Below are positions 1-10,200 of a stretch of 64,000 nt of DNA, piece after piece. Source of the stretch: Candidatus Poribacteria bacterium (GTDB lineage Bacteria > Poribacteria > WGA-4E > WGA-3G); the NCBI GenBank assembly GCA_964291315.2, contig OZ219753.1, positions 3,008,001-3,072,000 on the forward strand. The letters run 5' to 3'. Numbering within the stretch: position 1 is the first letter of the stretch; every line of letters begins with the position of its first letter. Under the pieces are notes generated by a model that did no database searches, was not told the DNA's origin, and saw only the letters and a program-made list of their open reading frames with translations. The translations under genes and the position numbers were made by a program.

Positions 1-2
1 TG

Positions 3-2546
3 TTGGCGCAGCGGGTATCGGGCACAGAAGATGTCGGCAGCTACCAAGGCCCCCTTGCAGAAGATACAGAGATTCCCCAACCTCCACATGCCGAAAATCG
101 TGAACCCATGGCTGACAGCCGTTTGGCATTGTGGGCAATAGGTATTTCTGGGTTCTGTGCTTTGGCTTACGAGGTGTTGTGGACGCGTATCATGGTCTTC
201 TTTCTGGGGAGCACGACGTATGCATTTGCAACGATGCTTGCAGCGTTCCTGTTCGGTATTGCACTTGGGAGTATGGTGCTCGCGCGTTGGGTAGACCGGA
301 TAAAGCAACCTGTTGCTGTTTTCGGTATTGTTCAGCTCGGCATCGGGCTCTTTTCGCTTATCCTGATGCCAGCGTTTGAGGAGCTGTACGGGGTGACTCG
401 CGCTCTGCAATCCACCTTCGGTAGCAGTAGATTCTGGGCGTTCTTTTCCTGTTTCCTTGTCATGTGTCTCCCGACCTTCTTGATGGGTGCGAGTTTTCCG
501 CTTGTGACGAAGATCTACACCGGCAGTGAACGTCAGCTCGGCAAAAGCATCGGCAACGTCTATGCAGTCAACACAGTTGGAAGCATCGTGGGGGCGTTCT
601 GTGCAGGATTTATCCTGATTCCGCTTCTCGGCATCCGGCCGAGTATCGTACTGATGGTAGCATTGAATACGGGGATCGGGTGTCTGCTTGTGCTAAAAAG
701 CGGGCAGCGCGCCTTCTCCGGTGGCTCATTGCTACAAGGAGTGAGCATCGGTATCCCGATTCTCAACGTTGGGTTGGCAGTCATTCTGCTGCTTACGTTG
801 AATCAACCGCTTTTTCTCAAGAGCGCGATTTTCAAGACACAACGCCCCGGGGATACGCTTGTGGATTACAACGAAGAGGTCGATGCGACAGTAACAACTT
901 TGAAAGACGACGAATCGGTTTATCGTCTCTACGTGGATACAAATCAGGCAGCAGATGCATCGCGTTGGGATTCGCCGTCGCATCGCGTCATTGCGCATCT
1001 GCCGCTGCTACTACATCCACGTCCGAAGCGGGCGCTCGTCGTTGGGTTCGGGATGGGACTAACCTCCTACTCGATAACACAGCATGGGGTGCGGGTTGAC
1101 GCGGTAGAACTGTCCAAGGGCGTAATTTCAGCTGCACAGAAACATTTCACACACGTCAACGGAAATGTATTTACAAGCCCGTTATTTGACTATAAAATCA
1201 ACGATGGCCGGAACCACATCTTAATGACGAGGGCGAAATACGATATGATTTCGACAGGTATCATCCATCCGCTGGTGAGTGCGGGGAGTTCGAACATCTA
1301 CACTGCTGACTTCTATCGTTTGTGCAGGCGTATTCTCAGCGAGGACGGGATCATGTGCCAGTGGGTGCCTTTACATCGCTTACCTGAAACCCACTATAAG
1401 ATGATAGTGCGCACCTTCATTGAGGTGTTCCCGCATACGACGCTCTGGTACAAATATACCCCCGACTTTGTGATTCTCATCGGCACACCAGAGCCGCTGC
1501 GGATTGATTACAGAAACTTCATCACACGTGCAAAGATAGCTAGTATTCGGGAAGGACTCGCCGCTGATGATTTAGACGGTTTGTCCCTGCTTGATTCTTT
1601 TATGATGGGTCCAGAGAAGGTACGCAAGTACGTAGGCCCTGGCCCTATCCACACAGACAATCGTCCGCGACTGGAATTCTTCCGTGGTGCTGATCTCACA
1701 GAAACAACAACGCAGAACGTCAAAGGCATGGCGGAGTATCGCGAACGGGTTTTACCGTACCTCACCAACTACGGTCCAACGCTCCCCGAAATGAAAACCG
1801 TCCGATTAAACCTCGACACCTATTTTAGAGCCACACAGAAATTAATTCTCGGACAGATCGCTTATGCCAGCGCGCAGTACCAGAATGCTGCAACGCTCAT
1901 GAACGAAGCGGTGGGGATTAATCCTCTTGATGACACGCTCCGCTATAATTTCGGAGTTGTCGCGGGCTTGATTCGTGAGGGTGAAAACGAGGAACTCCGA
2001 CAGATTGAACAACAGGTGCAGCAGACGATGGCACAAAACCCTGATGACATTCAGGGGCATCTACATTTGGCGACGTTGTATGAAATGCAAGGGGAACTCG
2101 GAAAAGCGAGCAGAGAACTTGAGGAATTCCTCAGACAGGATCCCAGCAGATCCGATATCTATCTGCTCTTAGGTCCCTTATACGAACGTCAAGAACGTTA
2201 TAGAGAGGCGCTCCGCACTTATGAACGGCTGGAACGGCAAGAGCGAACGTTATCACTGCCAGCCCCGATTTTCGCAGCCATGGCTCAACTTCACTTGCAG
2301 CTGGGAAATCTGGACGAAGCCGAAACCTATGCAGAGAAAGGTGTCGCTGTAGATCTCAATTCGTGGCGTTCCTATTATATTCTTGGAAACGTTTACGCAG
2401 CCACAAACCAACCTCAAAAACAGATTGAAAATTACGACAACGCTTTGAAAGCGCTCGATCGAATCATCCAAGGCTCCGCAGAGAGAGATGATTTAGAGAG
2501 CGCCAAAGAGCATCTTCAAAATGAACTCGACCAATTAAAAAAATAG
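3..2546 (+). CDS. Fused MFS-like membrane domain / spermidine synthase-like SAM-binding domain with C-terminal TPRs (5' end probably outside window)
   Basis: TM repeat 'SGFCALAYEVLWTR...GSTTYAF...FLMGASFP...VYAVNTVGSIVGAF'; 'ALVVGFGMGLT', 'DGRN', 'HTDNRPRLEF'; TPR-like helices at the C-terminus. Confidence 0.85.
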   Translation: MAQRVSGTEDVGSYQGPLAEDTEIPQPPHAENREPMADSRLALWAIGISGFCALAYEVLWTRIMVFFLGSTTYAFATMLAAFLFGIALGSMVLARWVDRIKQPVAVFGIVQLGIGLFSLILMPAFEELYGVTRALQSTFGSSRFWAFFSCFLVMCLPTFLMGASFPLVTKIYTGSERQLGKSIGNVYAVNTVGSIVGAFCAGFILIPLLGIRPSIVLMVALNTGIGCLLVLKSGQRAFSGGSLLQGVSIGIPILNVGLAVILLLTLNQPLFLKSAIFKTQRPGDTLVDYNEEVDATVTTLKDDESVYRLYVDTNQAADASRWDSPSHRVIAHLPLLLHPRPKRALVVGFGMGLTSYSITQHGVRVDAVELSKGVISAAQKHFTHVNGNVFTSPLFDYKINDGRNHILMTRAKYDMISTGIIHPLVSAGSSNIYTADFYRLCRRILSEDGIMCQWVPLHRLPETHYKMIVRTFIEVFPHTTLWYKYTPDFVILIGTPEPLRIDYRNFITRAKIASIREGLAADDLDGLSLLDSFMMGPEKVRKYVGPGPIHTDNRPRLEFFRGADLTETTTQNVKGMAEYRERVLPYLTNYGPTLPEMKTVRLNLDTYFRATQKLILGQIAYASAQYQNAATLMNEAVGINPLDDTLRYNFGVVAGLIREGENEELRQIEQQVQQTMAQNPDDIQGHLHLATLYEMQGELGKASRELEEFLRQDPSRSDIYLLLGPLYERQERYREALRTYERLERQERTLSLPAPIFAAMAQLHLQLGNLDEAETYAEKGVAVDLNSWRSYYILGNVYAATNQPQKQIENYDNALKALDRIIQGSAERDDLESAKEHLQNELDQLKK

Positions 2547-2811
2547 GTATGGACTGTCGGTTATCAGTTATTGTTAGGCGTGTAACAAGTTGCCCTTTTT
2601 CGTACGCCACAAACGTCTCTTGATCAACACTGGTAACTAAAGACCCTTAAGATAGGAGGAATAGGTATCGGTTACAGGTTTTCAGATGTTTATTGTCGGT
2701 GAAGAGATGCTTTGAAAAATGCTATCCAAACTTTGGATATACAGAAAAGCGGTAAATTTTTAAAAAAGCACCTTTTTATTTAACTGAGAATCATAGCCCT
2801 ATAGACACATC

Positions 2812-4821
2812 ATGACCCAAGAACTTTCTTTAAAACGAACCCACTATTGCGGTGACCTACGTCTAGCAGACGCGGGCACTCAGGCGAGTCTTAACGGTTG
2901 GGTGAAGCGTCGTCGCGACCACGGTGGGATCATCTTCGTTGATCTACGCGACAGAACGGGTATCACGCAAGTCGTCTTTGACCCGCAAATTGACGAGGAA
3001 GCACACACTATCGCGGAGGCTGTCAGAAGCGAATATGTCTTGCATGTCAGCGGCACCGTCCGTGAACGGGAACCGGGTGAACTCCTTTTTCATGCAGATG
3101 CGGCTTACCAAGGAGAGCTGAGTAGTGGTAATCTGTCTCCGGCGTTCTGTGCGTTGTTCTCCGATGTTGCCCCGAAATATGCTCTTTCCGGTGCCATTGA
3201 AATCGCAACGCGAGTGCCTAGTGAGCGTTGGCTACTCATGGACAGAGAAAATAATCGGACGTATCACATCGAAAAGGGAGAAAGCGGGCTCAGTATCTAC
3301 CAAGGCACTGTTAACCCTGAGCTCAACACTGGTGAGATTGAGCTCGCCGTGGGGGTGCTGAACATCTTGAACAGTGCGAAAACACCGCCGTTTCCAGTTG
3401 AAGACGACATCGACGTAGCGGAGGATATTCGGATGCGCCATCGTTTCATCGATTTACGTCGTCCTGAGATGCAGAAGACTTTGGCGATACGTCATAAGGC
3501 AGCACTCGCTGCGCGCAACTACATGAACGAACAGGGATTTTTGGAAATAGAGACTCCTATCTTGATGAACAGTACACCCGAGGGTGCGCGCGATGTGCTT
3601 GTTCCGAGTCGCCATTATCCTGGGAAGTTTTATGCCCTGCCGCAATCTCCGCAGCAATTCAAGCAAATTCTCATGATGAGCGGGGTCGATCGCTATTTTC
3701 AGATCGCGCGATGCTTCCGGGATGAGGATACGCGCTCCGATAGACAGCTGGAATTCACACAACTTGACATTGAGATGTCATTCGCGGGTGCGGACGATGT
3801 ACTTCAAGTAACCGAAGGTCTGATGAAGCGCATCTTTGAGGAAGCAGGGAACATCCGTCTCCAACCCCCGTTCATGAGACTTTCTTACTCGGAGTCGGTG
3901 GCACGTTTTGGAAACGATAAACCCGATACACGATTCGGCATGGAGCTAACGGAGCTGTCGGATGTGATGAGAGACTGCGATTTTCAGGTATTCAACCGGA
4001 CTTTGGAGACCGGTGGACAGGTCAAAGCCATCGCCGCCCCGGGCGGTGCAGACTTCTCCCGCAAAGAGATCGAGGATTTAACGAAGTTCGTGGCTATCTA
4101 CCGAGCAAAGGGTTTGGCATGGGTTAAAGTTACGGCAGACGGGTTTTCTTCCGGTATCGTCAAGTTTTTCACAAGAGAACAACTTGAAACCGCCAGAGCG
4201 CGGACGGGGGCGAAGCCGGGCGATATCCTCTTTTTTGTCGCTGACAAGCCGAGTATCGTCGCCGATGCCCTCGGTAATCTGCGTCTCCATCTCGGAAAAC
4301 AGCTTAACCTTATTGATGAAGCCCAATACAATTTCTTGTGGATTGTTGACTATCCGCTCTTTGAATGGAACGCGGAAGAGAATCGCTATGAACCGTTCCA
4401 CCACCTATTTACGGGATGCACGGAAGAGACTTTACCGCTGCTAGACACCGATCCGGGGGGTGTCCAAAGCCAACACTACGATCTCGTCTGCAACGGTTAT
4501 GAAATCTGTAGCGGGAGTGTCAGGATCCATCAGTGGGATGTCCAACAGAAAGTTTTCGATATTTTGGGGATTACCCCCGAAGAGGTTAAAAACCGTTTTG
4601 GGTATTTCATAGATGCGCTGGCGTATGGTACCCCGCCGCATGCGGGGATCGCCCCGGGCTTGGACCGCATTGTCATGCTCATACGCAACGAGGAAAACAT
4701 CCGGGAAGTCATCGCGTTTCCGAAATCACAACAAGGACTTTGCCCGCTGACACAGGCCCCCTCGGTTGTAACAGATGCACAATTAGAGGAATTGTCCATT
4801 CGTGTTGATGCCCAATTCTAA
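2812..4821 (+). CDS. aspS: Aspartate--tRNA ligase with a 76-aa in-frame insertion in the anticodon-binding OB fold
   Basis: RTHYCG, RRRDHGGIIFVDLRD, TPEGARD, ALPQSPQQFKQILM, RYFQIARCFRDED, YGTPPHAGIAPGLDR, IREVIAFPK. Confidence 0.97.
   Translation: MTQELSLKRTHYCGDLRLADAGTQASLNGWVKRRRDHGGIIFVDLRDRTGITQVVFDPQIDEEAHTIAEAVRSEYVLHVSGTVREREPGELLFHADAAYQGELSSGNLSPAFCALFSDVAPKYALSGAIEIATRVPSERWLLMDRENNRTYHIEKGESGLSIYQGTVNPELNTGEIELAVGVLNILNSAKTPPFPVEDDIDVAEDIRMRHRFIDLRRPEMQKTLAIRHKAALAARNYMNEQGFLEIETPILMNSTPEGARDVLVPSRHYPGKFYALPQSPQQFKQILMMSGVDRYFQIARCFRDEDTRSDRQLEFTQLDIEMSFAGADDVLQVTEGLMKRIFEEAGNIRLQPPFMRLSYSESVARFGNDKPDTRFGMELTELSDVMRDCDFQVFNRTLETGGQVKAIAAPGGADFSRKEIEDLTKFVAIYRAKGLAWVKVTADGFSSGIVKFFTREQLETARARTGAKPGDILFFVADKPSIVADALGNLRLHLGKQLNLIDEAQYNFLWIVDYPLFEWNAEENRYEPFHHLFTGCTEETLPLLDTDPGGVQSQHYDLVCNGYEICSGSVRIHQWDVQQKVFDILGITPEEVKNRFGYFIDALAYGTPPHAGIAPGLDRIVMLIRNEENIREVIAFPKSQQGLCPLTQAPSVVTDAQLEELSIRVDAQF
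3079..3306 (+). other. Inserted ~76-aa module, copy 1 (in aspS)
   Basis: Splits the canonical 'REREPG|TVNPELNTGEIE'; insert ELLFHADAAYQGELSSG...RWLLMDRENNRTYHIEKGESGLSIYQG. Confidence 0.85.
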
Positions 4822-4927
4822 GGCAAGCCGCTTGTGATTGTCGGAAACCATCGTCTGAACTTGAACGCTTAGACGTTAAGATATCTTTTATTAATTATTA
4901 GACACCAACCTCATAAAAAGGTAAAAT

Positions 4928-7201
4928 TTGATGCAACGTACAAAAAAACGACATATTTTCATTGGTAGTGCTCTGCTTTTCTTGATAGCACTGAACACAC
5001 CTGCACAGACCGTCAACATTCCTGACGCTAATCTACGTAAAGCGATTAACGAGGAGCTTGGGAAGCCCGCAGATGCCCAGCTTACACAGGCCGAGATGGC
5101 AAGGTTAACCAGTCTCAATGCGAATGCTAAAGAGGTCAAGAATTTAAGAGGGCTTGAAGCTGCAATAAGACTGGAAGTTTTATATCTTAACCGCAACCAA
5201 ATAACTAACCTATCGCCTATTGCAGGATTGGTTAGATTAAATCGGATAGAATTAGGCCATAACACTATATCGGATATATCCCCCCTTGAAGCCCTTATCA
5301 GCTTGGAGAACCTACGCATTGACAATAATTCGGTATCGGATATATCCCCCCTTGAAGCCCTTATTAGTCTACGGAGCATAAATATTGGGCATAACGTTGT
5401 GTCCGATTGGTCTCCCCTTGCGGGTTTAATGAAACTCGATTACATAGCGATAAGTCACAACCCTGTTGCAGATCTGTCGCCTCTTACAGGACTCAGGAAC
5501 CTAAGAACCTTTCACTCTTGGGGTACACGTATATTAGACATTGCGCCGTTGTCTAAATCTCCGAAGATTCAGGAGATAAGTATTTGCGGAGGAGACATAT
5601 CGGACATCTCGTCCTTGGAAGGGGTAACAAGTTTGAGAGACCTCTATCTTCCAAACAACGATGTCACTGACATTTCCGCTTTGGCGAGTTTAACAGGCCT
5701 GACACGCCTAGGTCTTAAAGACAATGAAGTGTCGAATATATCAGTCCTTAAAAAGTTAAGAGGTCTGACCTGGGTGGACCTGAGAGCTAACGCAATTTCA
5801 GATGTTACTCCACTTTCAGAGCTATCTAATTTGAGCTGGTTAGATATTAGTCTAAATAGTATAACGGACGTATCCGCTCTCACCTTTTTACCTAACCTAA
5901 GATGGTTGGGGCTTAACAAAAATCCGATAGCGGATCTATCCACTTTAGAAAGGTTTTCCACGAAGACGGCTATCTCACATTCGGATTTCGCTCCCACTCC
6001 TTTCCCAGAAGCCGGCCCGAAAATAGAGGATCACTGGTTATGGGTGATTGTGCCAGGGACAGCGATTGGCAAGGCCGATCTACTCGCGCGAGCAAGCGGT
6101 GGGGCCGCAACAGAGGTAAAGGTCGCTACGTTTGGCGCGAAAGAAGACAAGGCAGTCGGCAGCAGCGTCTGGACAGCTCATCGGCTCCCGGCCACGGGCG
6201 GAGATAACCTCAATGAAATGACGGATGCCCTCGGTTGGGGATCCGGTTCGGAGATATATGACCATGTGGTCTACGGATCTGTCTCGTTAGAGTCGCCCCG
6301 TCAACAGAAAACGACGATGCTCGTCGGCAGCGATGACGAGGTAAAGGTCTGGCTTAACGGCGAAGTGGTCCATTACAACCCCGTGCTTCGCGGCGCTGGA
6401 GATTATCAAGATGCATTCCCGGTCAAGCTGAAGAAAGGAACAAATGTGCTATTAGTCGCGGTTAGCAACCGCGGACATGGCGCATTCAGTGGTTTCTTCG
6501 GTTTCGCGAAGGACACAGACTACACGCTAAACGCCCCAAGCACCCCGATTAAAATAGAGGTTGCTACATGGGACGTGAACAGAGACGGACTGGTGAACAT
6601 TTTAGACCTGATTCTGGTGGCTCGGGACTTAGGAAAGACCGCCCGGGAGGCTCTCTCAAGAACGGACGTAAACGGTGACGGAAAGCGAAACATCTTAGAC
6701 CTGAGGCTTGTGGCTCAACATTTAAACGAGGCATCGGGTGCTGCTGCCCCGGCCGCGGCGACCTCGGACGAATTTACAAGCACAGACCCAATTTCGGCAG
6801 AAAGGGTCAGAGCCTGGATAGCACAGGCTCAAGCGCAAAGCGACGGTTCCCTCGTCTTCCGGCAAGGTATTGCGAATCTCAAACGTCTCCTCGCCTCTCT
6901 GGTCCCTGACAGAACCGCAGTGCTGCCCAATTACCCCAACCCGTTCAATCCAGAGACGTGGATACCGTATCAACTCGCTGAAGCAACCGAGGTCACAGTG
7001 CATATTTACGCAGCTAACGGAGCCCTGGTTCGGACGTTGGATCTCGGACATCAGCCGGCAGGACGCTATCAGGAACCGAGCCGCGCAGCATATTGGAACG
7101 GCGAAAATGAGATCGGTGAACCTGTCGCAAGCGGGGTGTATTTTTATACACTCACCGCAGCAGACTTCACCGCTACGAGAAAAATGGTGATACTGAAGTA
7201 A
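4928..7201 (+). CDS. Secreted internalin-like LRR protein with PA14-like, dockerin-like and FlgD-Ig/T9SS-like C-terminal domains
   Basis: Signal peptide; cap 'IPDANLRKAI'; 22-aa LRRs 'N.ISDISPL..L..L..L.L'; 'GSDDEVKVWLNG...LKKGTN'; 'WDVNRDGLVNILDL'; 'NYPNPFNPETWIPYQL...VASGVYFY'. Confidence 0.88.
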   Translation: MMQRTKKRHIFIGSALLFLIALNTPAQTVNIPDANLRKAINEELGKPADAQLTQAEMARLTSLNANAKEVKNLRGLEAAIRLEVLYLNRNQITNLSPIAGLVRLNRIELGHNTISDISPLEALISLENLRIDNNSVSDISPLEALISLRSINIGHNVVSDWSPLAGLMKLDYIAISHNPVADLSPLTGLRNLRTFHSWGTRILDIAPLSKSPKIQEISICGGDISDISSLEGVTSLRDLYLPNNDVTDISALASLTGLTRLGLKDNEVSNISVLKKLRGLTWVDLRANAISDVTPLSELSNLSWLDISLNSITDVSALTFLPNLRWLGLNKNPIADLSTLERFSTKTAISHSDFAPTPFPEAGPKIEDHWLWVIVPGTAIGKADLLARASGGAATEVKVATFGAKEDKAVGSSVWTAHRLPATGGDNLNEMTDALGWGSGSEIYDHVVYGSVSLESPRQQKTTMLVGSDDEVKVWLNGEVVHYNPVLRGAGDYQDAFPVKLKKGTNVLLVAVSNRGHGAFSGFFGFAKDTDYTLNAPSTPIKIEVATWDVNRDGLVNILDLILVARDLGKTAREALSRTDVNGDGKRNILDLRLVAQHLNEASGAAAPAAATSDEFTSTDPISAERVRAWIAQAQAQSDGSLVFRQGIANLKRLLASLVPDRTAVLPNYPNPFNPETWIPYQLAEATEVTVHIYAANGALVRTLDLGHQPAGRYQEPSRAAYWNGENEIGEPVASGVYFYTLTAADFTATRKMVILK
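5268..5364 (+). repeat. Recent tandem duplication of one LRR unit (31 identical nt, 66-nt period)
   Basis: tatcggatatatccccccttgaagcccttat at 5268-5298 and 5334-5364. Confidence 0.9.
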
Positions 7202-7288
7202 GATGAAAATAGCTATCAGCAGTTCGCGAAATATCTTCTACACTGCCTGAGAACCTACAATCAATAGCGACCGCAGAGGAGAAACTGT

Positions 7289-10200
7289 ATGAAACACGTC
7301 ATCACAATTAGTTGCCTTCTCCTACTTATCGTAGGATATCAGACCGTTGAGGCACAAGGGAAGTTCCCACCACAGGTACAGGCTATTTTTGAACGGAATT
7401 GCCTTAACTGCCATGGCCCACATGGTGCTTTTACAGAGCAGATTGTTATTGAATCTCGGGACAGGTTGATTAGCTCGGGGTCTGTTGTGCCCGGGCGCCC
7501 TTCGCAATCCGAACTCTATACACGGCTGCTGGAGGAGGATTCGGCAAAACGGATGCCGCTGGGGCAACCTCCGCTCACGCCGGCTGCGATTAACACCATC
7601 CGACAGTGGATTGACGCAGGCGCGCGAAGTGTGAACAATGGTCATCCAAGAGACTTCATTCCGAACGATGCGATGCTTGCTGCTATGCAGCGCCATCTGG
7701 CGACGCTTGATGGGTTTGATCGTCCTTACGCGCGTTATTTCACAACAACGCACCTCTACAACGCCGGTGAGGCCGCTGGTGCCCTGAGTGCGTATCAGGT
7801 CGCCCTCTCAAAACTGGTCAACAGCCTCTCCTGGGGGTTCGAAATACACAACCCAGAGCCTATTGGCGCGAAGAACACGATCTTCTACATTGATCTGCGT
7901 GACTACGAATGGGACAGAGTCGATGCCTGGACAGAGATAGAAAACGCCTATCCGTATGCTATCGAGTACAATGAAGTGACCCAATCCGAGGAGCTTGCAA
8001 AGCTGACCGACCTGCAAACACAGATGAAATGCGAAGTGCCCTTTGTTCATGTGGATTGGTTCTTGGCAAACGCCGCCTTACCGCCGCTATATCACGACAT
8101 TCTGGATTTGCCAAAGACAGATCGGGAGTTGGAACGCAAGCTGGACGTAGATGTTCAACGTAACCTCCAGACTGCGCCGGGCGTGCGCGTCTGGCGTGCG
8201 GGCTTCAACGACTCGGGGGTTTCAAACAACAATCGTGTTGTGGAACGGCACACCTCTCGCTATGGTGCGTATTGGAAGAGCTATGACTTCGCAGGTAGCA
8301 CGGGAACACAGAACGTTTTCACGCATCCGTTGTCTTTCAAAGCGGATGGGGGTGAGATCATCTTCAATCTGCCGAACGGTCTGCAGGCGTACTATATCCT
8401 AGACGCGTCAGGGAATCGTTTAAACTCGGCCCCCCCGGAGATTGTTATTGATCCGTCGGCGCGTGATCCTATTGTCCACAATGGTTTGTCGTGTATCGGC
8501 TGCCACACGGAAGGGACCAAGAGGTTTGAGGACGAGGTGCGTGGGGTCATAAACCGGACGGTGAATCCGGGTTTTGACAAGGCGCAAGCATTGCGTCTAT
8601 ACGTAGAGCGGGCGACGATAGAGGGTCTTCTTGCACAGGATAGCGAACGTTATAGGGTTGCCTTGGAGGCGACAGGCGGCGTTTTTGGCGGTATTGAGCC
8701 CGTGCATCGGTTTCATGAGGCATTTCGGGGGCCTGTTGAAGCCCCGGAGGCTGCTGCGGCTGTAGATATGAAGACGGAGGCGTTCCTTGCAGAGATTCGA
8801 AACAAACCAAGCCTACAGCGTTTAGGGTTGACTCCCTTGTTAAGCGGTGGGACTGTGAAGCGGGACGTTTGGACGGAACGGTTCAAGGACGTGGTTTTAG
8901 AGATCTTTTCACCAAATGGGCCTGTGGACTGCCATGAAACAGATACGTGTGATCCACCTCCCCCCGACACACTAGACCCGAACCTCCGAGCAGCGATTGT
9001 GGAAGCCCTCAGGCTAGCACCAAGCGAGTTAATTACTGAGGAAACTATGAAACGTTTGACGCGTTTGGTCGCCGATCGTAAAGGCATCCGTCACCTAACA
9101 AGGCTGGATGAGGCAATAAACCTGGAGCGGATAGAGCTCCGCTACAATGCCATCTCCGACCTCACGCCCCTGAAAGATTTGAGACGATTGAACGATATCA
9201 AGTTACGCGGGAACAGAATAACCGATGTATCGCCGCTGGCCGGGTTGATTAATGTAGGTTGGCTCGGGCTCGAAGATAACGAAATTACGGATGTATCGCC
9301 GCTGCGGGAGCTGGTCAAATTGAACGGGATAGGGATCAGCGGGAATCCGGTATCGGATATCTCCGCTCTGGCGAGTCTGATCAGCTTGGAAGGCATCGCG
9401 GCGTGGAACACGTCTATTTCAGACTTCTCGGCTTTAGCCAGATTGCCGAGACTCCGATGGATAGAATTTGGCAACGATAAGTCAATAACAAGATTGCCAT
9501 CTCTGAAGGAGTTAGGTGGGCTCAGGCGGTTGGAAATTAACAACTGCAGCATCTCGGATATCTCCGCCCTGGCTGCATTAACACAGTTAACCACATTAAA
9601 ATTAAACGGCAATTTTATATCGGATCTATCGCCGCTCACACAGTTGAAAAACTTAACCGATCTGCATCTTACCCGAAATATCATATCGGACGTGTCACCG
9701 CTGCGAGGGTTAACCGGATTGCGAGAGCTGTATCTTGATGAAAACATTATATCGGAGGTATCGCCCCTTGCAAGGTTAACTAACTTGAATACCTTACAGC
9801 TTAAAGGGAACGCGATATCCGACTTCTCACCTTTGAAAGGCTTGCCCGCCGACACTTATGTCGGGATGGAGAGAAACCCTGCGTTCCCAACGGGCGGCCC
9901 CAAAATAGCCGGACCTTGGCTATGGGCAATCGTTCCCAGTGCAGGTTTTTTAGAGGGTAAAGATTTGCTTGCTCAAGCAACCAACGGAGCAGTGACAGAA
10001 GAGAAGGTCTCTACCAATGGCGCGACGGCGGGCAAGGCTGTCGGCGACAGCCTCTGGATTTCCAGTACTATCAAGACAGGATATGGGAACAATCTTAACG
10101 AAGTGCTAGATCTCTTCGACCTTGAAATAAGTGAAGGCGATAAATGGGAATGGGTCATGTATGGCGTTGTGATCTTGGATTCACCACGGGAACAAAAGGT

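Noticed and set aside
3079-3306. Intein or intron interpretation of the aspS insert
   Set aside because: No Cys/Ser/Thr start, no His-Asn end and no LAGLIDADG motif; no group I/II intron features seen, and the insert is open in frame.
9142-9855. Long antisense ORFs over LRR and other genes (also 4891-5379, 34213-34842, 41812-42498, 51977-52516)
   Set aside because: Shadow frames of well-supported opposite-strand genes, with no motifs or RBS.
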